A DNA stretch of 64,000 bases. Origin: Azolla caroliniana. Lineage: Eukaryota; Plantae; Polypodiophyta. Below, piece by piece: positions 39,571-52,869 of this stretch. The notes below the pieces were generated by a model, which was not told where the DNA came from, did no database searches, and worked only from the letters and a program-made list of their open reading frames with translations. Every line of letters begins with the position of its first letter. The first letter of the stretch is position 1. A program made the position numbers and the translations under genes. Where the stretch lies: NCBI GenBank assembly GCA_043228905.1, contig JBHGNT010000008.1, positions 2,418,001-2,482,000 on the forward strand, given 5' to 3'.

Positions 39571-41424
39571 CTCCTTTTCCTATCACATTCCTTTTTATTT
39601 ATTTCTAATTAATCAAATAAAAATAATTGCTTATTTTTATTAGATTTTTTCTTTCTCTTTTTCTTGTTTTACTTATTTATTTTTCTGTCCCTGGTCTCTT
39701 CTTCTTCTTCATCTCTTGGTCTCTTCTTCTCTCTGCAATTTTTGCTCTGTTTTTTCTTTCTTTTTGGTCTCCCTTTTCCTCAGAAGACCTTCGCATGCTC
39801 GGTCTGCGTCTCATCGAAGACAGGCCGAGGCAGATAGATAAAGAGCCCCTGCGGAGGTTTTTTTTTCTCAGAAGGTATGGTAAATTCTCTTCTTGCCTTG
39901 ATCCATGCATTTCCTGTCGCATCTTCTCTCTGTAATCACACCTCCCCCCACATCCAAAAAGAACCGAGATTCTTTCGGGTGATCGTTTTTGCTGAAAATT
40001 TGGCTCAGAAAACAAACAATGATGATCCTGCAAGATATCGCAGTTTCGGTCAGGTCTCTTCTGTTTCCTGGTGAAGGTTCAAGAGATCAGCTGTTTGGAA
40101 AACAGTAGTATTTGGAGAATGATCATCCTTTAAGAGATACTTTTTTTTTTGGAAACAATGACTTCGAGAATTCTTTTAGAGACTGTTCGTTTGAAAATGA
40201 TGGTAATTCTTTGAGAGATCATATAGTTGCAAATGATGTGACAGAGATCATTTGTTTGAAAAATGATGGTTTTTTTAGAGAGTCACGTGTATATATATGT
40301 GCTCAAACTTCATTTTCCACTGTTTCTATCATGTCTATGTTATTTGGGTGCATATGCTATGGATCCCCAGTAGGAAGTATAGTCTGTTACTATGCTATTG
40401 TTGTAAACTTTAAATGGCTTCCTGATGATGTTTCTTTATCATTATGCTTGTCTTATGCCTACCTTTTCCTTCAACTCCATACTGTGTTTCTGATTAGTAT
40501 GCTGGCTGCCAGTGTGTCAAATATGTGATCTTTCAACAGATTCGAACAAATCTTGGCTTGTTTCTCGATCGTTGCCTTCGAGTCATCATTTGGGGGTGAC
40601 TCGGGCATTTCAGCATCAATATTATACTTAACCCTTTTGTAGACTGTGAACCATTTTATGTGACATGTAAGAATCTAAATATGTTATTTTTTTATCTCAC
40701 CATAAGAGAAGAGTCTCAGATAAGTAAAATCAAGACTGAAAGTAGTTCTTTCCATTTTGTTCAATGTATTGTTGTTCTCAGTTCACTTTCCTCTATTTCA
40801 TGCTTGTTTGTGTTGGTTGCAGGTGTGAAGTTCAGAATTTAAGTTCCTGTCCCGATTATTTCATTTCACTCTGGCAGGCTTTGCGGCTCTTTGCTCTTAC
40901 TCTAGTGAAAGGGTGCAGGGGTTTGCTGAACAAGCGCCTTTGCACCTGGACCTAGCATATTCTACAGATTCACTCTCGTGGAGGTTCTGGCATAGGCTTC
41001 AAGGGCTCTTGGTGGATTATGGTTAAATTTCTTGAAGGCATTCATCTTGCATAATCTACCATACAAACAATGTGGTTCTTTCAAATTGGATCTAGTAGTG
41101 ACAAGTAGATACAGAAGCACCCTTTTAGTAAAGGCTCCTCAAGATTACCTTTTAGCAAGAGGTCTTTGAATCCTTTTCCAAATAAACCTCCTATATTTAA
41201 TGAGCAAGAATGTGTGTGCCGCTTCTAGCATCAGAATGTTGGTGTCTGTTAATATTTGACCTACAGGTCAACTGTGATTACAGAATCATCAATGAGTTCA
41301 TTAATGCCAATTCCTGCCATTCGAGTTCCTACAGAACTTGATTGATTGTTGTATTTCACTGGCTGTCACACAGTTCCTCATTTTGTGTTCAAGACTTAGC
41401 TGGGGTTAGTAAAAAACAGAAGGT

Positions 41425-43805
41425 ATGGATGATGGCAGCATCTTCATTCATCACTCCTTTAGAGAAGATGAACCACAATTGAATGAATGCAAGATGGTGA
41501 TGGCAAACAATGGGAAAATGATTGACAAGGATATTTATTCTTTTCAAAATGCACAAACAATTGAATCTGTTGTGAATATGGACACTCTAGTATTTACACC
41601 TCCAACGTTGGGGTTGGACATACATCAATGTCAAGTTGATTCTTTCAACAATGCTACCCATATTCGTGCTGTGCAAAACTGTGATGCGTATCTCCATGAA
41701 ATGCCACATAACCTCTATGCAGGTGCAGTTAACAGTGATGGGTATCTGGATTTCCTTGCTCACCAAGGTGAGGGCATGAAGCACAGGTCTCCTGATCTCC
41801 ACAAAGACGAAATACATTCTGAAGCATCTGGGAGAGTCTATGACATAGAGGCATTGGATGGAGAAGCTTACTACTCTGATGCAGTTCCTGAATGTTCAGT
41901 AATAATACAAACGGGTGCAGGATCTGCGGATGCTACTGATGAGAGATCCTACACTAAGAAAGATCTGTCCTCTGCTGAAGCAGGATCTGATAATGAGATA
42001 TCATCACACAATGACAGTGATTCCTCCTGTACTTATGAAGACTACATAAAAGAAAATCTTTTGGGTGTTGAGGATGCTCATGCTTCCCTCTCCATGCATG
42101 TGGAGGAACCTATCATCTCTGGATTTGTTGCTTGCACCAACAATATGGACAAGTTAGCTGCAGATGAAAATGTCATTACGATGCAAGAGACTTGGAGTAA
42201 AATCAGTAGTTCTAATGAAGGTTAGTAATTTGTAGCATTATGTTCCCAAGGGCATGGACCATCATGTTCGTACCTTACAGATATCCATAGCTTGTGGATC
42301 TTTGCACAACTTGATTGTTTATTTTTTGTCACTGACATTTTCATTTTACTCATAGTTAAAAGGAAACACTATCCAATCATAGATCCATACATTAACTCAT
42401 TGTATATATTCTCTGATGTTGCAGAGTCGTCTTTTCATAGGGTTAGGGAATGGGTTAACAATATCCAGCCACTTGATATGCTTCTTCAAGAGGAAGAATC
42501 TATATATTGGAATGCTGGGTGTAGTCAGCCTCAAAATTATGCAGCTGGTGAGCAGCAAATAATCAATGCTGCAGCTGTGCGATCATTGCATCCACTTTCT
42601 ACAGTAGCTCACATGACGGGCGTGGGTTTGCAAGAAGTACCGTCACTAGGGATGTTCAGCTACTTGAAGACATTGAACCTTTCTGCTAATACCATTGGTT
42701 AGTTATAATAAAGACCCAAAGATGGGATTGTTTGTGAGTATATACAATTTAAAAATAATAAATTCAAAGAGAGGAAAGTATGGTTGTACATGTAACAAAT
42801 TATGATTTCAACAGAGTATATTTGTTATGATTTCAACAGAGTATATAAGCTGCAAATAGTGATTCAAATATAGGAGAGCAGTTTTGTACATACATAATTT
42901 CTTAGTAATAATTTAAAAAGGGGTCCTTTGTCTGTGTTTTAACTCATCACAAAATTCATTCCTACAGTTCGAGTGCCAACAGGATGCTTACCACGAACCT
43001 TGCATTCCTTGGATCTCTCCAGGAACAAGATTGTACAGATTGAAGGTTTCAGAGAATTGACTCGTTTGCGTGTTCTGAACCTTTCTTACAACCGGATATT
43101 GAGAATTGGGCATGGTAGATGATATTTTCCTTTTTTCTTTTACCTAGCATCTGTCAAAGCTAATTGCTGACTTATTGTATCTTCCTTTACCTTTATGTCT
43201 AGCCATAAAATGCCTGAAACTTTGAAGGAAATTTCTCTGCAGGTTTGTCAAGTTGCACACTTCTAAAGCAACTTAACTTATCAGGAAACAAAATTGGTGA
43301 AGTAGAAGGCCTTCACAGACTCCTCAAGCTATCTGTACTTGATCTTAGTTTCAATAAATTAACAAGTTCTAAAGCTCTCGATCAGCTTTCTGCAAACTAT
43401 CGATCTCTTTTGGCCATTAATCTCGTCGGAAACCCGTTGATGACCACTTTGGGTGATGACACCACGCGGAAGCTTGTAGTGACCCTATTGCCTCATGTAA
43501 TGTATCTGAACAGGCACCTCATCAAGGTTGGCTCTATGAGGGAAACAGTCATAGACAGTGTTGCAAAAACTGTTCTGGGTACTTCTCATTTGTCGAGTAA
43601 GCCGAGCAGTAAGCCAAGTGTGAAGAAAATAGCAGGTAGACAAGTGGGTATCGTAACACCCAAGCCACATGGTAAGCATGTGAATAAGAAACCGAGTCCC
43701 ATGTCTGCTAATGGCAGAATGCCAATGCAGCAGCATCCCTCTCGTTATCAGCATCATCATCATTATTCTCATTTTCAAGAATCCCGTGACAAACTATCAA
43801 GATAG
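41425..43805 (+). CDS. Plant SDS22-type LRR protein of the outer arm dynein light chain 1 / MASP1-like family
   Basis: Exons 41425-42220, 42425-42697, 42968-43114 and 43243-43805 join in frame. Motifs: SFHRVREWV, LNLSANTI, LHSLDLSRNKIVQIEGFRELTRLRVLNLSYNRI, LSGNKIGEVEGLHRLLKLSVLDLSFNKL. CT-rich leader at about 39.65-39.8 kb. Start codon tentative. Confidence 0.88.
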
Positions 43806-45789
43806 CATGGGTGTCAATTGAAAGTACTTGATCAACTTTAAAAACCAAAGTTTCCTGTTTCATAGCATCTCAGTTAAAAACAATTGCACTTATTTGATGT
43901 TATCATGTAAAATGTCTCAATGGAGTTTCGTAGCACATTTTCTGGTTGCGCATAGCTATGTTATATGAGGTTAAAATCAGTTACCTTAGCCTCATTCATA
44001 GGAGTTTTTCACACTCTATATAAGTGGTGGGAGTTCTAAGTGGAAGGGCAAGTCGAGTCAACTTTGTAAGTAGAATACATGATGGTATTCATAAGGTGCC
44101 TTATCATTTGAAAGTTCCTAGTTTCTGGATAGAAGTAATGCACATTACACTATGTTTCTGTTGTAATGGTCTGTTTTATGTTTTCACATAGGTTTCAGTT
44201 TCTTGCCAATAATAGATGTGTTACAAAATAGGAAGCTGGTGTAAATTCTTACAATGTAACATTGGAACCAAAACGAATGTGTAATTAAGCAGTTCTATGT
44301 TCTTGTCTTCACTATTACTATAAATCTTGTTCATGTTTTAGTGTGAGGAGGCTAGGTCTATGTTAATGAAAAGTATGGTGGTTACCCTATTATGCATGTC
44401 TAATCATGCATTGTATCCTTACATGTGAACCTTCGTTCAAAATTGTCATTCTTGTTATCTTATTTCATTTCAACTCTTCTTGACACTTACTGCTCTTTTG
44501 AGCAACTCGATGGTCTCTGTAAAACTTCGTGCTAGATTTAACTATCCCATATGTATGATTCTCATGTGTTGATTCAAGAATTGATGATTCAAAAGTATGT
44601 TGATAGTTTGAAGTTTGAACATCCATTTGTTAATAGTGTAAATCTTGTGGCTATTTATTTACAAAGGCAGCCCACTTCCACAATTGGCAATTTGAAACAT
44701 GTAGATAATCGTTCCAACCATTTCTTGATTTCTATCCATAAATGTACCAAAACAAATGTTCTAGTGATTAGGTAACACAAATAATTGTCCCAAACATTTC
44801 CTAATTTTTACCTATGATAAACTTTCATGTTTTAGATAAAAAAAAGTGCTTGAAGCCTAAAACCTTTCCATGCTGATAGTTTAATTGAAACAATATGGAT
44901 GTATCGTGAGAAAGTATCCTTGGTTAAAGTATGGTACAACTTCCAATCTTTAGTTGTATGCCAAGAAGAGTTAAAGTAAGAAGTGGGGTATTTGTTTGAT
45001 TTGACACTATCCATGCAAATGCATATGTGTAAATGCAAGGCTAGCAAAACTTGACACTTCAAGCGGAATCATGGGATAATGTTTTGATAGAGAGTGAAAT
45101 GTTGTATGATGTGAAGATTTGAGCTCATAACCTTTTTAGGTCGATAGCCAAATAGCTTAATCGCTAAAGGAAGCTCATCTGTGGAAAATCAAAAGGCCAT
45201 CTTGAGAGTTCAGTCCACCTAACTCAAAGTGAAAATAAGAAACACCTCTTCAGATGTGTACATTATGTGATAATCCCCAATTAGGATTCAATGAATTAAA
45301 CCTCAGCTTGAGATGTCGACGATCACATGAATCATTGGGGAAAATGATATGAACCCGAGGTCCCATTGGGGAATCAGAACACTAGCATATATTGGAATGT
45401 CTAGTGCTCCGAGCAAGACAATGTAAGAAATGTCAAAGAGTGCATATGTGGAAAGAGGATCTGATTCCTATGTAACTTTGCTTCCCAATGCTGTGTTCCA
45501 ATGAGTTAAACTAGTGGAAGCCAAAAAAGAGAGTAAATTGTAAATAAAAATTTAAGCACACCCATAATATGTACATACATCAATAATTAAGAGAGTGATA
45601 TCATGTGTAATTATGATTCATGATATGCATATTGTTGCAGGGACAATTATGAGTTTATATTGAAGTGCAGCTTCTACAATAACCATTCATTCACTCATCA
45701 AAATATATGTATGTATATATATATATATGTATGTGGAGAGAGACAAAATTGAGGTTATGATTTGTAATGATGAGAACAAATATATATGT

Positions 45790-47950
45790 TTAACTCCGAT
45801 CATCTGAGGGTGATTGTTGGCTAAGGTTTATGATGTGAGGGTCCGAGTACAAGATGTCATGATGATTGCTATTGTGATCATTATGATGATGGGGCTGCAG
45901 GGTAGTGGTGGAGTGGCCATTAAACCCTGCAATTTGGTCCTGCTCATTGGTGCTGATTTGGTTCATTACATGGGTCTTCATGTGATTGTTATTCATATTG
46001 ATTGCAATGCTATTGAGTTGGTTCCTCAGGCACTTGTTGTCATGCAGGAGGTGGGCAACTTGTTGCTGCAGCTGCACATTCTCATCCATGAGCATCGTGT
46101 TCATCGCGGTCAGCTTCCCGTTCAAGCACTGCAGCCTCGCCGACTCCTTCCGTTGCTTCTCGCGGCACCTGCATATTCATATATATTGAAAAAAGTCAAG
46201 GTGAGTCAAGGAATGGGCAGTGGGTTATGGGGGGGGGAGTCAATGCCTTGAAAAACAGTCAAGGTGAGAGTCAAAGTGGTTCATGTACTTCCATGAAAGT
46301 CAATGATAAAGTAGAGAAGGAGTCAATGAAAGTAAAGATAAATGATGACTAATATTGCTGAAGACCATTAGGAGAAAGGGCAATGACAATGCATGGTGCG
46401 CGATATGGTGTAATTTGTAACAATGTAGTCAAGGAAAGTCAAGCTAGATGATGGACACATGGAGTCACTGATCCTTTGGGTTTGAACTTTGAACCATTAG
46501 GAGAAAGGGCAATGACAATGCATGGTTGGAGATATTATGTAACAATGTAGTCAAGGAAAGTCAAGCTAGATGATGGACACTCGGAGTCACCGATCCTTTT
46601 GAGTTTTGAATCATTAGGAGACGGGGCGATCACAATGGATGGTTACGAGATATGATGTACAATGATGTAGTCAAGGAAAGTGAAGCAAGATGATGGAGAG
46701 TTTGGAGAGAGGACTCCTTTGGGTTTAAACCATTAGGAAAAACCACAATGAGTTGTCTACGAGATATATGGAGCTACATGAATGTGGTCAAGGAAAGTCA
46801 AGCTACATGATATTGGAGCACTTGTAGTCAAGGCTAGTGAAGCAAGGTGATGGACAGTTGGGAATTAGGGAGCGGGGCGGGAGGGGTCCTTTGGGTTTGA
46901 AGCATTAGGAAAAAGCACACTAGATATAGCATAAGAATCCGGTCAAGGAAAGTCAATCTACATGGTGTTGGACATAATTGTAGTCAAGGAAAGTCAAGCA
47001 AGATGATGGACAGTTGGGGGCAGGGGGTTCTTTGGGTTTAAACCATTAGGAAATACATATCACAATGGTTTGTCTATTAGATAAGGCATAAGAACGTGGT
47101 CAAGGAAAATCAAGCTACATGATTTGTCTATTAGATAAATCATAAGGCATAAGAATGTGGTCAAGGAAAGTCAAGCTACATGATATGTCTATTGGATAAA
47201 TCATAAGGCATAAGAATGTGGTCAAGGAAAGTCAAGCTACATGATTTGTCTATTTGATAAATCATAAGGCATAAGAATGTGGTCAAGGAAAGTCAAGCTA
47301 CATGATTTGTTTATTAGATAAATCATAAGGCATAAGAATGTGGTCAAGCTACATGATTTGTCTATTAGATAAATCATAAGGCATAGGAATGTGGTCAAGG
47401 GAAGTCAAGCTGCATGATGTGGTCAAGTCAAGAAATTAGGTCAAGGCAGATGAATTTACCGTCTGTTCTGGAACCAGACTTTGATCTGCTGCGGGTCAAT
47501 GTTGCAGAGAGGCGCGCAGTCACGCACGAGCAGGAGCCTTTGCTGCAGGGTAGGCTTAGGGCATTGCCTGTACAGCCTCTCTAGGGCTTCCACTTGCTCG
47601 CTGGTATACCTCACATACTTCATATTGCCATGGCCATGGCCATGGCCATTGCCTGCTTGGCCAATACTGTTGATCACCTGGCTATGGCCAACGATCATGT
47701 GCCCCTGCAGCATGTCTGCTCCATTCGTCTTCATCGCCATGTCCTGCATCTGCTCCATGCCGCTGCCGTTGTGGACAGTGTTCATGCCCATGAATTGCTG
47801 GGCTTGGTGCTGATTCTGACGATCTGTGCTGCCAGCACCAGCACCAGCACCACCACAGATGTAGCTATGGCGATTATTAGTGGAGGTAGTGTGCAGGACA
47901 TTCAGGTTCTCCTCCGCCTGCAGAACATCATTGAGATCAAACCCCTGCAT
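45790..47950 (-). CDS. Class III HD-ZIP-derived protein with homeodomain and leucine zipper only (~289 aa)
   Basis: Exon 1 47460-47950 (CG|GTAAAT), exon 2 45790-46168 (TGCAG|G). KYVRYTSEQVEALERLYRQCPKP...NIDPQQIKVWFQNRR|CREKQRKESARLQCLNGKLTAMNTMLMDENVQLQQQVAHLLHDN matches the C3HDZ signature and intron position. Stop at 45790. Confidence 0.88.
46190..47450. repeat. Hierarchical intronic tandem array (about 120-bp older units, 61-bp younger units)
   Basis: CCATTAGGA...GTCAAGGAAAGTCAAGC units at about 46365, 46494, 46612, 46730, 46901 and 47043. Near-identical 61-bp units run from about 47096 to 47410. Confidence 0.92.
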
Positions 47951-48889
47951 GCTACTGCTAAACTGCTACTTCTGCTGCTGCTTAATCAGGTCGCTAATTA
48001 GGGCTTAATTAAGCAGGTGGATGCTTAATTAATTAAGCAAGGCGGTTGAAGGGTAGCAGGAAATCAATGCAGAGATTTGTACTGCTACTACTGCGTATAC
48101 GTATATGGGTGGCGGTGCTGCCTTCACATACATACATACATATATATACATGTATATAATGTATGTACATACGTATATGTATACGTATACGTATACGTAT
48201 TTTATTTATACGTATGTATGCAGCCGTTGTGTGTAAGAAGCGTCTGGCTACATAGATATATGTATGAGAGAGACTGTAGAGAGAGGAAATTCGTATTTTT
48301 GTTTTATCTATTTATTTATTTTATTATTTATTTCTTTAACCCCCCCGCCCGTGAGTGAGTGGTGGTGCCCCTTCCCTTTTTTTAAAACAAAATTAATTAA
48401 TTAATTAATTCCCAATTTACACATATGTTTATATGTGTACATTTTTTTTTTTTAACTCTCATCGAATTCCTATAGTTTTACGTTTTTAATGTAATATATT
48501 TATATAAAATTTATTATATATATATATATATTTCATCTTTGTTTTATTTTTTTATAAAATTTTGTTTTCTTTAATTTATTTGAATTTTTTTCAGTTTATC
48601 TAAAATTAATAAACACTTGTTTTTCATCTATTCTGTTACCATGCTCTTTGCATTTATGCACACATAGATTTAAAAATAATTAATAAAAAAATAAAAAAAT
48701 AAAGATAATTCTCTCTCTGTCTCTCTCCCCACCACTACTCTCACTCTCCATGGAAGACTGTTAAAGAAAGTGTTGGTTACATTCATGTCCACATGATCCA
48801 CATGTGATGGTGGTGGTGATGATGATCATCATCATCACTCATGAATCCTTTGAGATGATGGATGATGCCCTTTTAATGCATGCATACTG

Positions 48890-49175
48890 CTATTATATGC
48901 CCCAATCAAGGATATTATATATATATATGTATATAGCTAGTATTAGAGGAACCACTCTATGTATTATATGCCCCAATCAAGGATATCATACATAATACAT
49001 ACATACATATTGATATAGCTAATATTAGAGGAACCAATCTATGTTTCATATGCCCCCAATCAAGGATATCATACATACATCATACATACATATAGCTAGT
49101 ACTAGAGGAACCAATCAAGGATATCTATCATACATATATACATATACCTAGTATTGAAGGAACCAATCTATGTAT
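48890..49175. repeat. ~70-bp tandem repeat upstream of the HD-ZIP gene
   Basis: TATGCCCCAATCAAGGATAT...ATAGCTAGTATTAGAGGAACCA repeated about 4 times. Confidence 0.8.
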
Positions 49176-50599
49176 ATCGATGTGGCATGTGCCATGCACC
49201 TCCCTTTTTTTAACCTTACCTTCGTTGGATATGTGCAGGTCCCACACCATTCCCATTGCTAACTCTCCACGTGTCCGTGTAGCCCAGTCTGCATTCCACC
49301 CGTCCAACTTATGCAGTATCTCGCTTGCCCTAGCTCTACTCGGTATCATTATCCAAATGAACAAACTATTGAATTATTGTGATCCATGCATTATTATCGT
49401 TGTCTTGGGCTAGGGTCGGTGTTTCACATTCATTTTGTCCTCGAAAAGAACTATAACCCTTGCTTCTATGAACCTCAATAACATAGCCATGAATTTCAAC
49501 CCCCCTAATTGTGTCATCTTAGTCAACTCACCTTCAATGTTGGAGTCACCACATTGGTGACATTGTTGAAGGATTGAATTATTCTTCCATAAATCAATGT
49601 AAAATTTCATCAAATATTTCTTTGCCTCTACGTGGAACATTGATATAGGACACTCTTCCACAACATGCTCTCAACATACAAGTGATATGTCTTCATTCCC
49701 TTTGTAGTGAAAAATGCCCAACCTACAGTCTTATGCCATTTTCATAGCATGTCGTCAGCATGCATGCACCACATTAAGATTTAATTAAGCAAAGCCTCCA
49801 CGATGCCGATCTTCGAAACATCTAACTTTATTGACATTTGATAAATGAATTGTTGGCATCACAATCTCGGATCCAACATTCGAACAACGTTGCATTGAAC
49901 GAGTAGATAATAACTTAATATGTCACATTTGTTCCATGACCTTATGTGATCACAAACATGTGTGCCATACCTCGTGGAGATGGATTGAATGTGGATGTAC
50001 AAAAGCATGATTATATGTGGGCACAATGCTAAGAATGAGCAACAATGCACTCTCAAATGTGACATTTGCCTTGTTTGTTGTAAATTAGCCAATGTAATAT
50101 TGTTGTACAAGGTTTATGTTGTATACATTACACCAATATTGGTTACAACTTGAGCATAAAACATCGAGAGCATATTATTGCAACACTATCACCAAGATTA
50201 TGGCCTAACATTAATATGAATTGGATTAGTAAACGATACTTCCACATACACTAATTGGAACTCGATGGAACTTAACCTTGCTCCAATGTCTTGCCATGCA
50301 TATTTTATTATATAAAATCGATTAGCTCAAACTTAATGAAGGCAATCAAGGTTTAGTTTCTCATTGTTGTTAGCAACTTAGACCATTTGCCGATAAAATG
50401 GCAACTCTAGCAAAAGGACATTCAATTTGCAACATCCACAATCCTTTTTTTCCCAAAAGAGTTCCTGGATTAATATTAAGAAAAGCGTGGGAAGGCTACA
50501 AAATGTACAAACAGAGAGTGTTATAAAAAAGAGGTGGTCAGGGCAAGGACCAGGGGTGATGATATTTCCATATCGGTCCTTGAGAGGAGACCGTGAATG

Positions 50600-52400
50600 G
50601 AGGCAACTTCCTCCATAAGTGCATTAATTTTTTCCTTTTCTTAAAAACAACTTCCGAAGAGCCCAACATATTGTCATGACTCATATTGCCCACACACTAT
50701 TGCCAATAAGCTCTCCCATAATTCCAACAATATATTTGAGAGATGAGGAACTATGGAATCATATCGTCTTTTACAACGATTCTTCCATAAGATCCATAAT
50801 GTAACCGTAGATATTGTTTTCCATACATGGGTTGCACGCATTTGCTTGTGAGGTTGCTAAAAAAGGGACACAAGAATTAGATGCCTATTGGTGACTGTCA
50901 TAGCTTATGGAGCATCATCTGCCTCATACAACAAGAGTCTCAGACTAGAATGGAGAACCCCCCATACTGTTGATCCCTAGGAGAAGAGGCAACTTGCATT
51001 AATTGTCAGGAATAAAGAAATAACTTTATTCCATACATGTTGGGCTAGTGAGCAAGACTAGAGAGCATGCTTGATAGTTTCCTACATGTCATCGCAATAA
51101 CAACATTGTCTAAGAACGGTTGCCACATCTCCATTCAATGACTGACCTACTAGTAGTGTTGCATGTAGTAAAAGCCATCTAAAGAGAATATATTTGGTTG
51201 ATCCACTGAAAGACCAAATCCATTTCCAATAAGCCTTCAAATGAATGCTTGAAACACCATTTATTCCAATGCTTTTGGGTTGTAGGAGCTGGAATATTCT
51301 TAGACATGAGTAAGGTTCTGGCAAATTTCTCAGTTTATTGAAAGAATGGAACTTTGTGTAATGGATCCATCATGGGACTGGTTCAGAACCATCCCCCTAG
51401 GTCCCACATTAGCCTACTAACTGGTTGTTCGTGCATATATTAACCAGAGCATATCCTACAAATGAGCTACTGACGGTTGAGGATCTAATAGTCATTTCTT
51501 ACTAGATTTGGCAATCACCCTAATAGGAACTCCGTGCAGGTTTTGTAGTAATTTATTTTAAGGTGTATAAGGCTGCAATTTATTGTCCTATTGAATATGG
51601 AATTAAAAAATACCATTGTCTGTAGAAATTCCTTTAACAAAAAGCATCATGTCATTCGTAAGGCAACCAAACCACATATGCTCATGCATTGGTAGAAGTT
51701 GCGCCGAGGCCTACGAGAAAGCGGGTGAAATATTTGTTGTCATTGTCTTCACCCCATATACCAAGTGTAATTGCTTAAGCTGATTCACTTCTGGCATCTG
51801 CTGAAAATGAATCCAGGATCTCACTGATGTTGTTGGCCCATTATCAAGTTTTCCTCGAGCAAGATGAGTTCTAAGGCCCAATACATTTACAACAGAATTC
51901 TGGACGAGAGAATTAGCCAAAAGCGGCTTATTCATCCAACCATTCCACATGTTAGGCATCTGTTTGTGTAAGAAAATCTTGATTACATCCCATGCTCTAA
52001 CAATTCCCATGAGAAATCTATTGGATGTTAGATTCCGTCTTGGTGTCTATACATATGTCAATAACATCCATTTCAAAGAAGACTTGACCAGTTTCCTCCC
52101 ATCTTGGTAGATAATTGCATCAACCAACATCCACAATCCTAAATATACAACATTATCACTATAGATACATTGCCATTTGAATGACAAGCCACAACATGAA
52201 AATAGGATGGTTGGAAGAAGAAGTCATGGGAATCATAGCAAGGGGTGGTGAAAACGCTACCCACGATATTGGTATGATCCCATCAGTGCCAATACCTTGC
52301 CATGGGAATGACCACCATATGAACAGTGTTGTCGCCACCCCCCAACCCTATTTTTGTACTATAAACAAGAGTGTCATTCATGGCATCATATGTCATGATA
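50600..52400 (-). mobile_element. Degenerate L1-type LINE 3' region
   Basis: Trp-rich broken ORFs typical of the post-RT zf-RVT region (YWKWIWSFSGSTKYILFRWLLLHATL...CCYC). Many stops. Confidence 0.6.
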
Positions 52401-52828
52401 TATTGTTTCAATATTAGTAAAAGAACCCTAGTATGGGCTCTACTATTTTACTAAGATAATAAATTATTTACTTAATTTTAAAGTAAAAAAACATTGTTCA
52501 TAAAAATATAGAGTTATGCATGTAGACTATAGTGTGAAATTTGAATGTATATAGGGATGTGTACATAATTATTAAGCCTTACTACTTGAAATGCAGCTTA
52601 ACTTTTTACACATGTACATTGTAAATAAGTATTTGCTTAATGTGCATAGTAAGTTGCGTGCGAAGCAAATTCACTTATTCAACAATACCTTAACCCATGA
52701 AGATACACTACATAGCATGGTTCATAAAATTCGGTGTCCTCTATTGTATCAACGAAGATCAAGGCATTCCAAAAGGGAAAATTTTCTCTACATAAATCTA
52801 GATTTAGCAAAAACTATATACCTCAAAA

Positions 52829-52869
<41 letters not shown>

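Noticed and set aside
39677-40528. ORFs of 102-138 aa upstream of the LRR gene
   Set aside because: Low-complexity translations of a CT-rich leader and intron; no homology recognised.
45470-45545. Possible relic of the first START exon (TTTACAA|T TTA CTC TCT, reading LLS...SKVT)
   Set aside because: No AG acceptor and only a few matching residues; indistinguishable from chance.
46340-47450. CRISPR-like repeat-spacer appearance
   Set aside because: Eukaryotic intron; the inter-repeat segments are homologous to each other and there are no cas genes.
45814-48001. Plus-strand ORFs of 110-145 aa opposite the HD-ZIP exons
   Set aside because: Antisense shadows of GC3-rich codons.
47995-48040. 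TAATTA palindromes in the HD-ZIP leader as autoregulatory sites
   Set aside because: They do not match GTAAT(G/C)ATTAC and are common in AT-rich DNA.
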